Source: Deltaproteobacteria bacterium
Lineage (GTDB): Bacteria > Desulfobacterota > Desulfobulbia > Desulfobulbales > SURF-16
NCBI GenBank assembly: GCA_016219175.1
Contig: JACRCD010000032.1
Span: 1,963-65,962 of the forward strand
DNA: 64,000 nt
Direction: 5' to 3'
A model generated the notes under the pieces. It had not been told where the DNA came from and made no database searches. It saw only the letters and a list, made by a program, of their open reading frames with translations. Position 1 is the first letter of the stretch; every line of letters begins with the position of its first letter. Shown here piece after piece: positions 54,795 through 63,900 of the stretch. The translations under genes and the position numbers were made by a program.

Positions 54795-56669
54795 ATGTGC
54801 GGTATCTGCGGAGTGATCGATTTTGACGGCAGGCAAGGCAAGGAGCTGTCAGCCGTCATCCGGGACATGATAGGCCGGCTGAAACACCGGGGCCCGGATG
54901 CCGACGGCTACTGGCTTGACCGGGGCATTGCCCTGGGGCATGCCCGGCTGTCCATCATTGACCTGGCCGGCAGCGTGCAGCCCATGCTGGACGGGCTGGA
55001 GCGATATGTCATCACATTCAACGGCGAGATTTACAACTATGTTGAATTGCGCCGGGATCTTGAGGATCAGGGGGTTACCTTTAAAACCAACGGGGATACG
55101 GAGGTGCTTCTTGCCGCCTATATCGCCCATGGTCCTGAATGTCTGCAGCGCTTGAACGGCATGTTCGCCTTTGCGGTCTGGGATCGCAAGGAGCAGGTTC
55201 TCTTTGCCGCCCGGGACCGGATGGGGGTGAAGCCTTTTTATTACGGCCAGGGGGAGGGCGGGTTATTTGCCTTTGCCTCGGAGCTGCAGGCCTTGAAAGG
55301 CCTGCCTCTTGATTTCTCGATTAATACCCTGTCGTTGCGGCAATACCTCCGCCACGGATTTATCTGGTCGCCCGAAACAATTTTCCAGGGCGTTAAAGAA
55401 CTGCGGCCCGCCCATTATCTCCTGTGGAACCGGCAAGGTTTTGCCCTTCATCAATACTGGACTCTGCCGGCGACCCGGCCCGACTGGCTGAAAAAGCCGG
55501 AGCAGGAGGTGGCGGCGGAACTGCGGGATCTTATCGGTTCATCCGTCAATCTCCGGTTGCGCAGCGATGTCCCTGTCGGGGCATTTCTGTCGGGAGGGCT
55601 TGACTCCAGTATTGTCGTCTCGGCCATGAGTGCGCGGAGCAAAACAGACATTCATACTTTTTCCATTGGTTTTGCCCAAGGGACATTTGATGAAAGCCCC
55701 TTTGCCCGGGAGGTTGCCGAATATCTCCGGACCGAGCACCATGAAGGACATGAGGATCTGCGACCGGAAGAACTCATTTTTGATCTGGTAAAACATTACG
55801 GCCAACCCTATGGGGACTCATCCGCTATTCCCACCTGGTATCTGTGCCGTGAAACACGAAAACATGTCGTCGTTGCCCTGTCGGGAGACGGGGCGGATGA
55901 ACTTTTTTGCGGCTACCGCAGGTATTACGCCCGGAGGCTGCTTGCCTACTATCAGAGGATCCCGTTGCTGCTACGCGACAAGGTCTGGACATTGCTGGAA
56001 AAGCTGCCTGAGGGAACAGGCTATTACGACAGCAGCATCATCAAGAAGCTGCGGCTTTTTGCGGCACTTGAGCAAAGGGTGCGCAAGGATCCAGCGGATA
56101 TCTACCCCGCTTATTTTACCGCGGATGACTTGCCCGGGATTCTGAATGAAAAAACAGGACAACAGCCAGGCGGAATCGGGCAACTGACGCTGCCCAACGA
56201 CGCGGAAGGCGTGGTGGAGATGATGATGCATTCCGACCTGCTGCATTATCTGCCGGACGATATCCTGGCCAAGGTGGACAGGGCCAGTATGGCCCATGGG
56301 CTTGAGGTGCGGTCGCCGTTTATGGATTATCGTCTTGTCGAGTTTGCCTGCCGCCTGCCCCTTGCTTTCAAATTGCAGGGGAGCACCTCAAAGTATATCC
56401 TGAGGAAAGCCTTTGCCGGTTCTTTGCCGCCGAGGTCTCTTTCCCGGGCAAAACATGGTTTTGCCGTGCCGGTGGGCGACTGGTTTCAGGGAACGTTGCG
56501 GGAGCTTTTCCGTGATCAGGTGCTATCCGGAAATACGGATCAATTCGTTAATAGAAACCTTGCCGAGCGTCTGCTGGCCGAGCATCAGTCAGGAAAAACA
56601 GACCACGGCCATCGTCTCTGGCTCCTGCTTTTTCTGCATGTCTGGCAACAGTGGTGGCGTGAGCAATAA
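54795..56669 (+). CDS. Asparagine synthase (glutamine-hydrolysing)-family amidotransferase
   Basis: N-terminal MCGICGV nucleophile and the SGGLDSS PP-loop. 624 aa, embedded in a glycan locus. Confidence 0.85.
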   Translation: MCGICGVIDFDGRQGKELSAVIRDMIGRLKHRGPDADGYWLDRGIALGHARLSIIDLAGSVQPMLDGLERYVITFNGEIYNYVELRRDLEDQGVTFKTNGDTEVLLAAYIAHGPECLQRLNGMFAFAVWDRKEQVLFAARDRMGVKPFYYGQGEGGLFAFASELQALKGLPLDFSINTLSLRQYLRHGFIWSPETIFQGVKELRPAHYLLWNRQGFALHQYWTLPATRPDWLKKPEQEVAAELRDLIGSSVNLRLRSDVPVGAFLSGGLDSSIVVSAMSARSKTDIHTFSIGFAQGTFDESPFAREVAEYLRTEHHEGHEDLRPEELIFDLVKHYGQPYGDSSAIPTWYLCRETRKHVVVALSGDGADELFCGYRRYYARRLLAYYQRIPLLLRDKVWTLLEKLPEGTGYYDSSIIKKLRLFAALEQRVRKDPADIYPAYFTADDLPGILNEKTGQQPGGIGQLTLPNDAEGVVEMMMHSDLLHYLPDDILAKVDRASMAHGLEVRSPFMDYRLVEFACRLPLAFKLQGSTSKYILRKAFAGSLPPRSLSRAKHGFAVPVGDWFQGTLRELFRDQVLSGNTDQFVNRNLAERLLAEHQSGKTDHGHRLWLLLFLHVWQQWWREQ

Positions 56670-56673
56670 TAGC

Positions 56674-57789
56674 ATGCAGACGGAACGCGCCCCTTTAATT
56701 TTTCTCCTGCCGTCCCTGGCCGGGGGCGGGGCAGAGCGTGTCGCCGCAACGCTTGCCCCTCGCCTTGATCTGCATTTTGACCTGACCCTGGCCTTGCTGC
56801 AGAACAGATGTGATTTTCCCCTGCCCGGCTCTGTCAGAAAGACTTTTTTTTCCGGGCCCCTTCTTTCAGCACCTGCAAATCTTGTCCGTTTTCCGTATCA
56901 TGTTTTTTCCCTGGTTAAGCTGGTGCGGCGGAGCAGGGCACTGACCGTGCTGAGTTTCATGGAGCAGGCCAATATCATCAATGTCCTTGCCGCGCAAATG
57001 ACTGGGCACAGGGCTATCCTTTCGCAACGGACCAACCCCAAGGAGCAATACTTGGGCAAGGGGGTGCTCGGAGCTGCCATTGTGCGGAGCTGCGCCTCTC
57101 TTTACCCTCGCTGTCACCGCCTGATTGCCGTGTCCCATAGGGTCGGCGAGGTCGTAGTGGAGGATTATGGTTTGCGGCCGGAACAGGTTGCGGTTATTGC
57201 CAACCCGGTAGACATCGAGAAGATGCGGGCCATGGCCGGGGAGGAGCCGCCCCTGCGGCTTCCCGCAAGATTTTTGCTGCATGTGGGCCGGCTGGACATC
57301 GCGACCAAAAGGCAGGACTATCTGCTCTCGGCTTTTAAGGAAATGCTGCACGAAATAGCTGATTTGAGCCTTGTTTTTGTCGGCGTCGGTCCTGACAGGG
57401 AGTTTTTGCAAGCCAGGTGTTGTGAACTTGGCATAGCCCCCAAGGTTATTTTTGCCGGGTGGCAGGAGAACGTTGCCGGTTTCATGAGCCGGGCGCTGGC
57501 CACGGTCCTCTGCTCCCGTTATGAAGGGTGGCCCAATGTCCTGGTTGAGGCCATGAGTGTGGGTTGTCCGGTTGTGGCCACCGATTGCCCAACCGGACCA
57601 CGGGAGATTATCGGCAACAGCCGCTACGGCCTTTTGGTCGGCCAGGATGACCCGGCCGAGCTCGTGGCCGCTTGCCTCAGCCTGTTTCGGGAACCCACCA
57701 GGATGCATCTGGCCAGTCAGGCAGCTCTGCGGGCCCGGGATTATGCCCTTGACACGATTGTTGACCGGTATAGGCGTGTGCTGCAATAA
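56674..57789 (+). CDS. Family-4 glycosyltransferase
   Basis: MQTERAPLIFLLPSLAGGGAERV and YEGWPNVLVEAMSVGCPVVATD. Confidence 0.75.
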   Translation: MQTERAPLIFLLPSLAGGGAERVAATLAPRLDLHFDLTLALLQNRCDFPLPGSVRKTFFSGPLLSAPANLVRFPYHVFSLVKLVRRSRALTVLSFMEQANIINVLAAQMTGHRAILSQRTNPKEQYLGKGVLGAAIVRSCASLYPRCHRLIAVSHRVGEVVVEDYGLRPEQVAVIANPVDIEKMRAMAGEEPPLRLPARFLLHVGRLDIATKRQDYLLSAFKEMLHEIADLSLVFVGVGPDREFLQARCCELGIAPKVIFAGWQENVAGFMSRALATVLCSRYEGWPNVLVEAMSVGCPVVATDCPTGPREIIGNSRYGLLVGQDDPAELVAACLSLFREPTRMHLASQAALRARDYALDTIVDRYRRVLQ

Positions 57790-57841
57790 GGAATGGCTGG
57801 TAAAAAAAGGGCCGGCAAGTTGAAAATGCCTCCATTTGTGC

Positions 57842-57870
57842 TTGATCAGCCCGAAAAAATTTTGTATTAT
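57842..57870 (+). promoter_or_regulatory. Sigma70-type promoter for the regulator / RfaH-like / sugar operon
   Basis: TTGATC (57842-57847), 17-nt spacer, TATTAT (57865-57870). Confidence 0.5.
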
Positions 57871-57941
57871 GTTCTGAAAATCAGTACAAAATACAAAAAA
57901 TGTGAATGCATATACTTCAGCGAACTGCGCCACCTATTTTC

Positions 57942-58487
57942 ATGACCTCCCTGTTTAATGGCCTCATAACGTCAAAGCTCAGGATACGTATCCTGATGCG
58001 GCTCTTTCTCAATCCCAGCCGCCAGGCCTATCTCCGTGAGCTGTCCAATGAGTTCGGCGTTTCTCCCAGTCAGGTCCGGGAAGAACTGCAGCAGTTGAAA
58101 GAGTCCGGGCTTCTCGCCGATCAGCGATATGGCCGGAAGATTCATTACCAGGCCAACACCCAGCATCCCCTTTTTCCGGAACTGCACTCCATGGTGAAAA
58201 AAGCCATGGGCATGGATCATATTTTTGATAGTATCATCAGCAGGCTGGGCAGCCTTGAAAAGGTCTATCTGCTTGACGAGTATGCGGAAGGAAAGGATGG
58301 CGGGCTGATTGATCTGCTTCTTGTCGGCGACATTGATCAGGCCAATCTGACCGATCTTGTCGCTAAGGCGGAACGGTATGTTGAGCGGAAAATAAGAACA
58401 ATCATTCTCGGCACGCATGAGTACGTAAAGATGTGGCCCACCTTTAAGAACCGGCCGCACCTTCTTATCTGGGAAAAGGGGCAATAA
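57942..58487 (+). CDS. Winged-helix (ArsR-like) transcriptional regulator with a nucleotidyltransferase-like C-domain (alternative start 57906)
   Basis: LRIRILMRLFLNPSRQAYLRELSNEFGVSPSQVREELQQLKESGLL. The C-terminus is GGLIDLLLVGDID. Confidence 0.55.
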   Translation: MTSLFNGLITSKLRIRILMRLFLNPSRQAYLRELSNEFGVSPSQVREELQQLKESGLLADQRYGRKIHYQANTQHPLFPELHSMVKKAMGMDHIFDSIISRLGSLEKVYLLDEYAEGKDGGLIDLLLVGDIDQANLTDLVAKAERYVERKIRTIILGTHEYVKMWPTFKNRPHLLIWEKGQ

Positions 58488-58488
58488 G

Positions 58489-58995
58489 ATGAAAAGGGAA
58501 TGGTTTGCCGTCAGGACAAAACCCCATAAAGAATTTGTCGCGCAGCAGAACTTTGTCCGGCAGAATTTTACTGTTTATCTGCCCCAGGTCATGAAAACCA
58601 GGAGTCATGCCCGGCGTGTTGAAAAGGTCTGCCGCCCTTTTTTCCCGGGCTATCTTTTTCTGCATCTCGCCCCGGCAGAGCGGGTGTGGCCGACCATCGC
58701 CTCGACCAGAGGCGTGCTTGCCCCTGTGCAGTTCGGCGGCTGTTTCCCTCCGGTGCCCGACGAAATTATCCTGTCATTGCAGGCGCAGGAGGATGAAAAA
58801 GGTTTCATGAACAGTACCTTGGCCAATGGTTGGATGACGCCGGGGCTTAAGGTCAGGGTCAAACATGGTAACCTTGACGATATTGAAGGCATTTTCCAGC
58901 AGGTCACCGGCGAGAACAGGGCCCTGGTGCTGGTGGAAATCCTGCGGCGGCAGGTGCCGATGGCTGTGCCGATTTCTTCTTTGATTGCTGCCTGA
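58489..58995 (+). CDS. RfaH/NusG-paralogue operon-specific transcription antiterminator
   Basis: 168 aa: WFAVRTKPHKEFVAQQNF...PFFPGYLFLHL...TRGV NGN domain, plus a KOW-like GLKVRVKHGNLDDIEGIF. Confidence 0.7.
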   Translation: MKREWFAVRTKPHKEFVAQQNFVRQNFTVYLPQVMKTRSHARRVEKVCRPFFPGYLFLHLAPAERVWPTIASTRGVLAPVQFGGCFPPVPDEIILSLQAQEDEKGFMNSTLANGWMTPGLKVRVKHGNLDDIEGIFQQVTGENRALVLVEILRRQVPMAVPISSLIAA

Positions 58996-59063
58996 TTTTT
59001 TTTTATCGACGGGGAATTTATAACTGTTTAAATGACGCCTTGACGGGTATTTTGCACCCGAAT

Positions 59064-59075
59064 GGCGGTAGCATG
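59064..59075 (+). promoter_or_regulatory. ops-like element GGCGGTAGCATG (RfaH recruitment site consensus GGCGGTAGnnTG)
   Basis: Exact match to the consensus on the coding-sense strand, 69 nt downstream of the RfaH-like stop and upstream of the sugar genes. Confidence 0.6.
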
Positions 59076-59142
59076 TCCGGATTGTTCCTGTTTGGATCTT
59101 TACAGGATTATTAACAAAAATAATAAATGTGGCCAAAATAAC

Positions 59143-60738
59143 TTGGAAAAAAATGATAAAGAAAAAAATATCGCGGTAATAGGGACCGGGTACTGGGGCA
59201 AAAATCTTGCCCGTAATTTTCATGGTTTGGGTGCGCTGCATACCATCTGCGAAAAAAACCTTGATACCCTGCGGTTGTTTGCCGCCCAGTATCCTGATGT
59301 GCGGACGGTCAGCGCCTATACGGAGGTGCTGAAGTCCCCGGAAATAAAGGGGGTGGCCATCGCCACTCCCGCCCCCACTCATGCCCTGCTGGCCAGGGAG
59401 GCGATTCTCGCCGGCAAGGATGTCTATGTTGAAAAGCCCCTGTGTCTTTCTGAAAAGGAGGGAGCGGAGCTTAATGAGCTGGCCCGGGATAAGGGACGGA
59501 TCCTCATGGTGGGACATCTGCTCTGGTATCATCCCGCCGTTCTGAAGTTAAAGGAATTGGTGGATGGGGGGGCGCTGGGGCGCATCCAGTATATTTATTC
59601 AAACAGGCTCAATCTCGGCAAGCTCAGGCGGGAGGAGAATGTCCTCTGGTCGTTTGCTCCCCATGACATCTCGGTCATCCTGGGCTTGGTCGATGAGATG
59701 CCCGAATCCATCCGCGCTCAGGGCGGTAATTTTCTGCACCAGAAGATTGCCGATACCACTCTGACCTTGCTTAATTTTGCCAGCGGCATCAGGGCTCATA
59801 TCTTTGTCTCCTGGCTGCATCCGTTCAAGGAACAAAAACTCGTGGTGGTGGGTGACCGGCAGATGGCGGTCTTTGATGACACCCTTCCCTGGCCGGAAAA
59901 GCTGCAGCTTTATCCCCATGTCATCGCCTGGAATGACAATATCCCGGTGGCAAACAAGGCGGCGGCGGAGCGGGTTGACGTTGGCCAGGATGAACCGCTC
60001 CGGGCTGAATGCGCTCACTTCCTTGACTGCATCGACTCACGCCGGTCGCCCCGCACGGATGGGGAAGAGGGGTTGCGGGTGTTGCGGGTCCTGAACTGCT
60101 GTCAGGAATCGCTGGAAAAAGAGAAAAAAATACGGGTCAGAGCGGCAAGAGTGGCCCAGGATGATTTTTTTGTCCACGAATCCGCGGTGGTTGAGGATGA
60201 TGTGGAGATAGGGGAGGGAACAAGCATCTGGCATTTTTCCCACCTGTTGCGCGGCACGAGTATCGGCAGAAAGTGCAATATCGGCCAGAATGTGGTGGCC
60301 GGTCCCCGGGTGATCATCGGCAATGGCTGCAAGATTCAGAATAATGTCTCGGTGTACGAGGGGGTAACCCTGGAGGATGAGGTGTTCTGCGGGCCAAGCA
60401 TGGTTTTTACCAATGTCATGAATCCCCGGGCCGCCATCTCCCGCAAAAACGAATTCTGTAAGACCCTGGTCCGCCGGGGCGCGACCCTGGGCGCCAACTG
60501 CACCATCGTTGGCGGTATCGTCATCGGCGAGTATGCCTTCATCGGCGCCGGCGCCGTTGTGATCAGGGATGTGCCTGACTACGCCCTTGTCGTCGGCAAC
60601 CCCGCCCGGCAGGTCGGCTGGATGAGCAGATTCGGCAAAAGGCTTGAACTGCCGCTTGCGGGAGAAGCCATGTGTGACTGCCCTTTCACGGAAGATAGAT
60701 ATGTGCTGAGGGACGGGAAGGTCTCGTTGGTCAAATAA
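59143..60738 (+). CDS. Fusion protein: Gfo/Idh/MocA sugar oxidoreductase (WbpB-like) plus left-handed beta-helix N-acetyltransferase (WbpD-like); start uncertain
   Basis: [12 protein letters not shown] Rossmann loop and EKPL motif. The C-terminal hexapeptide repeats are [35 protein letters not shown]. The ORF-track start 59062 lies inside the ops element. Candidates are TTG 59143, or ATG 59153 via the A7 tract. Confidence 0.7.
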   Translation: MEKNDKEKNIAVIGTGYWGKNLARNFHGLGALHTICEKNLDTLRLFAAQYPDVRTVSAYTEVLKSPEIKGVAIATPAPTHALLAREAILAGKDVYVEKPLCLSEKEGAELNELARDKGRILMVGHLLWYHPAVLKLKELVDGGALGRIQYIYSNRLNLGKLRREENVLWSFAPHDISVILGLVDEMPESIRAQGGNFLHQKIADTTLTLLNFASGIRAHIFVSWLHPFKEQKLVVVGDRQMAVFDDTLPWPEKLQLYPHVIAWNDNIPVANKAAAERVDVGQDEPLRAECAHFLDCIDSRRSPRTDGEEGLRVLRVLNCCQESLEKEKKIRVRAARVAQDDFFVHESAVVEDDVEIGEGTSIWHFSHLLRGTSIGRKCNIGQNVVAGPRVIIGNGCKIQNNVSVYEGVTLEDEVFCGPSMVFTNVMNPRAAISRKNEFCKTLVRRGATLGANCTIVGGIVIGEYAFIGAGAVVIRDVPDYALVVGNPARQVGWMSRFGKRLELPLAGEAMCDCPFTEDRYVLRDGKVSLVK

Positions 60739-60817
60739 TGTTTTTTTTGATATAGTTATCGGCTTGCTTGGATTATTGAAGCTTGTCTCAACCGACCTGC
60801 TGGAGAGTGAGAAAGGG

Positions 60818-61636
60818 ATGCAAAAATCGGATATGGAAATTATTGCGGATTGTTCGAGCAATCATATGGGCGATATGAATATTGCCGGACGTATGATAGA
60901 ACTTGCTGCCGAAGCAGGTATTGATACGATAAAATTTCAGTCATGGCAAGCCGACAGGTTGCGCGGGGATTTCCCTGATTACGATGCGACCTTTGCCCGG
61001 CATCGCAAGGCCCAACTTTCCGATAAAGACCATGTAATGCTTATCGAGAAATGTAATGAGTGCGGTATCAAATTTTTGACGACGTGCTTTGATATTAATC
61101 GGGTCGATTTTTTAGCTTCACTGGGCTTGTCGGCTATAAAGGTGGCAAGCCCTGACTGCGCTTCATTTTCCATGCTTGATACGTTGATGTCAAGGTTTCC
61201 CCGGCTGATTATTTCCACCGGCATGTCCACTGATGAGGAAATAAGCAAAATGGTGGAACATGTCAGAGGCCATGACGTGATCATTCTCCATTGCGTGTCA
61301 ATCTATCCCACCCCTTTGGAGAAAGTGAATTTGGAAAGAATGCAATGGCTGAAATCCTTAGGGGTGCGGGTTGGTTTTTCCGACCACAGTCTGGGCACGG
61401 AAGCGGGCAAGCTTGCTCTTGCCATGGGCGCGGAAATTCTTGAAAAACATTTTACCCTGTCCCGCTATCTGCCCGGAAAAGATCAGGCCATGTCCACCGA
61501 AATCAGTGAATTTAAGGAACTGGTGGATTGGAAAAATTTGATCGCCTTGATGCGGGGATCCACTCATCCGGGTTTAAGTGATGATGAGAAAAAGCTGCGG
61601 GAAATCTATATAGGGAAATGGGGAGATAACAGATGA
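60818..61636 (+). CDS. neuB: NeuB-family nonulosonic-acid (sialic/legionaminic/pseudaminic-type) synthase, short form without the SAF domain
   Basis: IIADCSSNHMGDMNIAGRMIELAAEAGIDTIKFQSW, KVASPD, VGFSDHS. About 272 aa. Confidence 0.6.
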   Translation: MQKSDMEIIADCSSNHMGDMNIAGRMIELAAEAGIDTIKFQSWQADRLRGDFPDYDATFARHRKAQLSDKDHVMLIEKCNECGIKFLTTCFDINRVDFLASLGLSAIKVASPDCASFSMLDTLMSRFPRLIISTGMSTDEEISKMVEHVRGHDVIILHCVSIYPTPLEKVNLERMQWLKSLGVRVGFSDHSLGTEAGKLALAMGAEILEKHFTLSRYLPGKDQAMSTEISEFKELVDWKNLIALMRGSTHPGLSDDEKKLREIYIGKWGDNR

Positions 61637-62793
61637 GTTCTCTGACACCTCGTAAAGTATGCATTGTAGTTTTTAGTAGGGCAAACTACGCCCGTATTAA
61701 AACGGTATTGCGATCTGTTCAAAAACATTCTGATCTTGAACTCCTTCTTGTCGTTGGGGCTTCAGCTCTCCTTTGGCGATATGGTAATATTCTGGAGACA
61801 GTGAAAAAAGATGGATTTGAGATAGCCCGTACCGTCCATTCCGTGGTTGATGGTGGCACACCTGCGACTATGGCTAAGTCCACCGGTTTGAGCATTATTG
61901 AGCTTGCAACAACTTTTGAAAATTTGAAACCCGATATAGTATTAACAGTCGCTGACCGTTATGAGACAATGGCGACAGCCATAACAGCTTCTTATATGAA
62001 TATAACACTTGCTCATACGCAGGGAGGTGAAATAACAGGTTCTATCGATGAGTCAGTTCGGCATTCAATAACCAAACTGTCACATATTCATTTCCCAGCT
62101 ACGGAATTGGCAAAAAATAGACTTGTAAAAATGGGTGAAGACCCGGACACTATTTTTCTTACAGGATGCCCATCAATGGACATTCTAGTTGAAGAAAATT
62201 TAAGATTAAAGGCTGATTTTTTAGATAAATATTCGGGTTCGCAGAAAAAAATTGATCTTGAAAAACCTTATCTTCTTGTCCTGCAGCATCCTGTAACAAC
62301 AGAATATGGTCAGGGGCTTAAGCAAATTAATCAGACTTTACAGGCTGTAAAAAATATCGATATGCAGACGATTTGGCTTTGGCCTAATGCTGACGCGGGC
62401 ACTGATGAAATTGCAAAGGGGTTACGGGTCTTTAAAGACGAAGACCGTGATGGAAAAATTTTATTTTTTCTTAATTTTACGCCTGAAGATTATGCAAAAA
62501 TACTTGCAAATGCAGCCTGTATTATCGGAAATTCCAGTTCGGGGATCCGAGAGGGTTCTTTTTTAGGTGTGCCCGCTGTTAATATCGGAACAAGACAAAA
62601 TAGCAGGGAAAGAGGGAAAAATACCATTGATGTTAAACATGATATTAAAGAAATTGAAGATGCCATTCGCAAACAACTAAAGCATGGCCCATATGATCCA
62701 GAATACCTCTATGGAAGCGGAAATGCTGGTGAGCGGATTGCCGAGGTGCTTGCATCTATAGATTGTAAAGCGCAGAAAGTACTCTATTATTAA
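61633..62793 (+). CDS. neuC: UDP-N-acetylglucosamine 2-epimerase (hydrolysing), NeuC-like
   Basis: KVCIVVFSRANYARIK, VADRYETMATAI, LAHTQGGEITGSIDESVRHSITKLSHIHF. Confidence 0.7.
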   Translation: MSSLTPRKVCIVVFSRANYARIKTVLRSVQKHSDLELLLVVGASALLWRYGNILETVKKDGFEIARTVHSVVDGGTPATMAKSTGLSIIELATTFENLKPDIVLTVADRYETMATAITASYMNITLAHTQGGEITGSIDESVRHSITKLSHIHFPATELAKNRLVKMGEDPDTIFLTGCPSMDILVEENLRLKADFLDKYSGSQKKIDLEKPYLLVLQHPVTTEYGQGLKQINQTLQAVKNIDMQTIWLWPNADAGTDEIAKGLRVFKDEDRDGKILFFLNFTPEDYAKILANAACIIGNSSSGIREGSFLGVPAVNIGTRQNSRERGKNTIDVKHDIKEIEDAIRKQLKHGPYDPEYLYGSGNAGERIAEVLASIDCKAQKVLYY

Positions 62794-62884
62794 GTAGACA
62801 ATTTTTTCATTGAACTTATTAGAAGTTAAAAAAACGTCAAATTAATATCATACGACATGATGGCATGATAATTGAGGATGCAGA

Positions 62885-63898
62885 ATGAGCTTTGAAAAAG
62901 ATACTTTGCGTGATGTTTATTTCGTGCAACAGGAGAAAGAGCTTTTAGAGTTGGTTGATCCAGATACAGGTATGTTGAGTAGTCGCTATTCCCAGTTGAT
63001 TCCATGCCCAATTTGTGAGTCAAACAGACATTCAGTTGTTTTTATAAAGCGTGGATATACCTTTGTTCGTTGCGAGGAATGCGAGCTTGTTTTTGTAAAT
63101 CCTCAGGTATTACCTGATATTGTTGAGGGTGCTTATAGCGGGCAGAAAGGGATACCAGCCTCAACCTCGACAGATTTGTGGATGGAAATTTTGTTAAATG
63201 AAAAAGAAGCGGCATGGAGAAGTGAATATTTTTCATCCATCCTGAGTTTCATTGAAAAGTTTCAGCCACAAAAAAGTCATCTACTGGATATAGGTTGTGG
63301 GGTGGGACATTTTTTGAGTATAGCCCGCCAAAATGGATGGCAGACAACAGGACTTGAATTGAGCGAAAAGGGCTCTGCGCATTGTAAAAAAAATGGTCTT
63401 ACTGTTTTTCAGAAAACAATTGAGGAGGTTGCCTTAAGTGCTGACACGTTTGATGTGGTGACGCTTCTTGGGGTTCTTGAGCATATGGTTGACCCCAAAA
63501 GAACTTTGGCTAATGCTGTTCGTGTGATGAAGCCGGGAGGGGTCATCAGTGTTGTTGTTCCCAATGTTTATAGTCTGTTGGCCATGATATTGCGAGAAAA
63601 AGCCGTAACTTTTGACGGAAGGGAGCACATGATTTTTTTTTCAGCGGATACGCTACAAAAGATTTTTCAAAAGGTTGGACTTGAGGTGCTCCATTGCGAC
63701 ACTGTGTTGACGGGTATTCATAACATTATGAAATATATGCAGTTCTTTGACCCGTACGGAGAGAATCAAGGGTGTCATTTTCTGCCTGAGGGTATCCGTC
63801 ATTTCTGCCAACCTCAGGGACAGCTATTGCTTGAAGATTGGATTTTGAAGAACAATCTAGGACTTCGATTGCGAATTTTTGGCAGACGGATGCGATAG
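62885..63898 (+). CDS. Class I SAM-dependent methyltransferase with an N-terminal zinc ribbon
   Basis: CPICES...CEECELVF Cys4 motif, LLDIGCGVGHFL motif I and LLGVLEHMVDP. Confidence 0.75.
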   Translation: MSFEKDTLRDVYFVQQEKELLELVDPDTGMLSSRYSQLIPCPICESNRHSVVFIKRGYTFVRCEECELVFVNPQVLPDIVEGAYSGQKGIPASTSTDLWMEILLNEKEAAWRSEYFSSILSFIEKFQPQKSHLLDIGCGVGHFLSIARQNGWQTTGLELSEKGSAHCKKNGLTVFQKTIEEVALSADTFDVVTLLGVLEHMVDPKRTLANAVRVMKPGGVISVVVPNVYSLLAMILREKAVTFDGREHMIFFSADTLQKIFQKVGLEVLHCDTVLTGIHNIMKYMQFFDPYGENQGCHFLPEGIRHFCQPQGQLLLEDWILKNNLGLRLRIFGRRMR

Positions 63899-63900
63899 AT

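Noticed and set aside
59062-59142. ORF-track start at 59062 for the oxidoreductase fusion
   Set aside because: The codons ATG GCG GTA GCA TG are the ops-like element itself. The 27 extra residues ([27 protein letters not shown]) precede the Rossmann loop by an atypically long, Cys/Asn-rich stretch.
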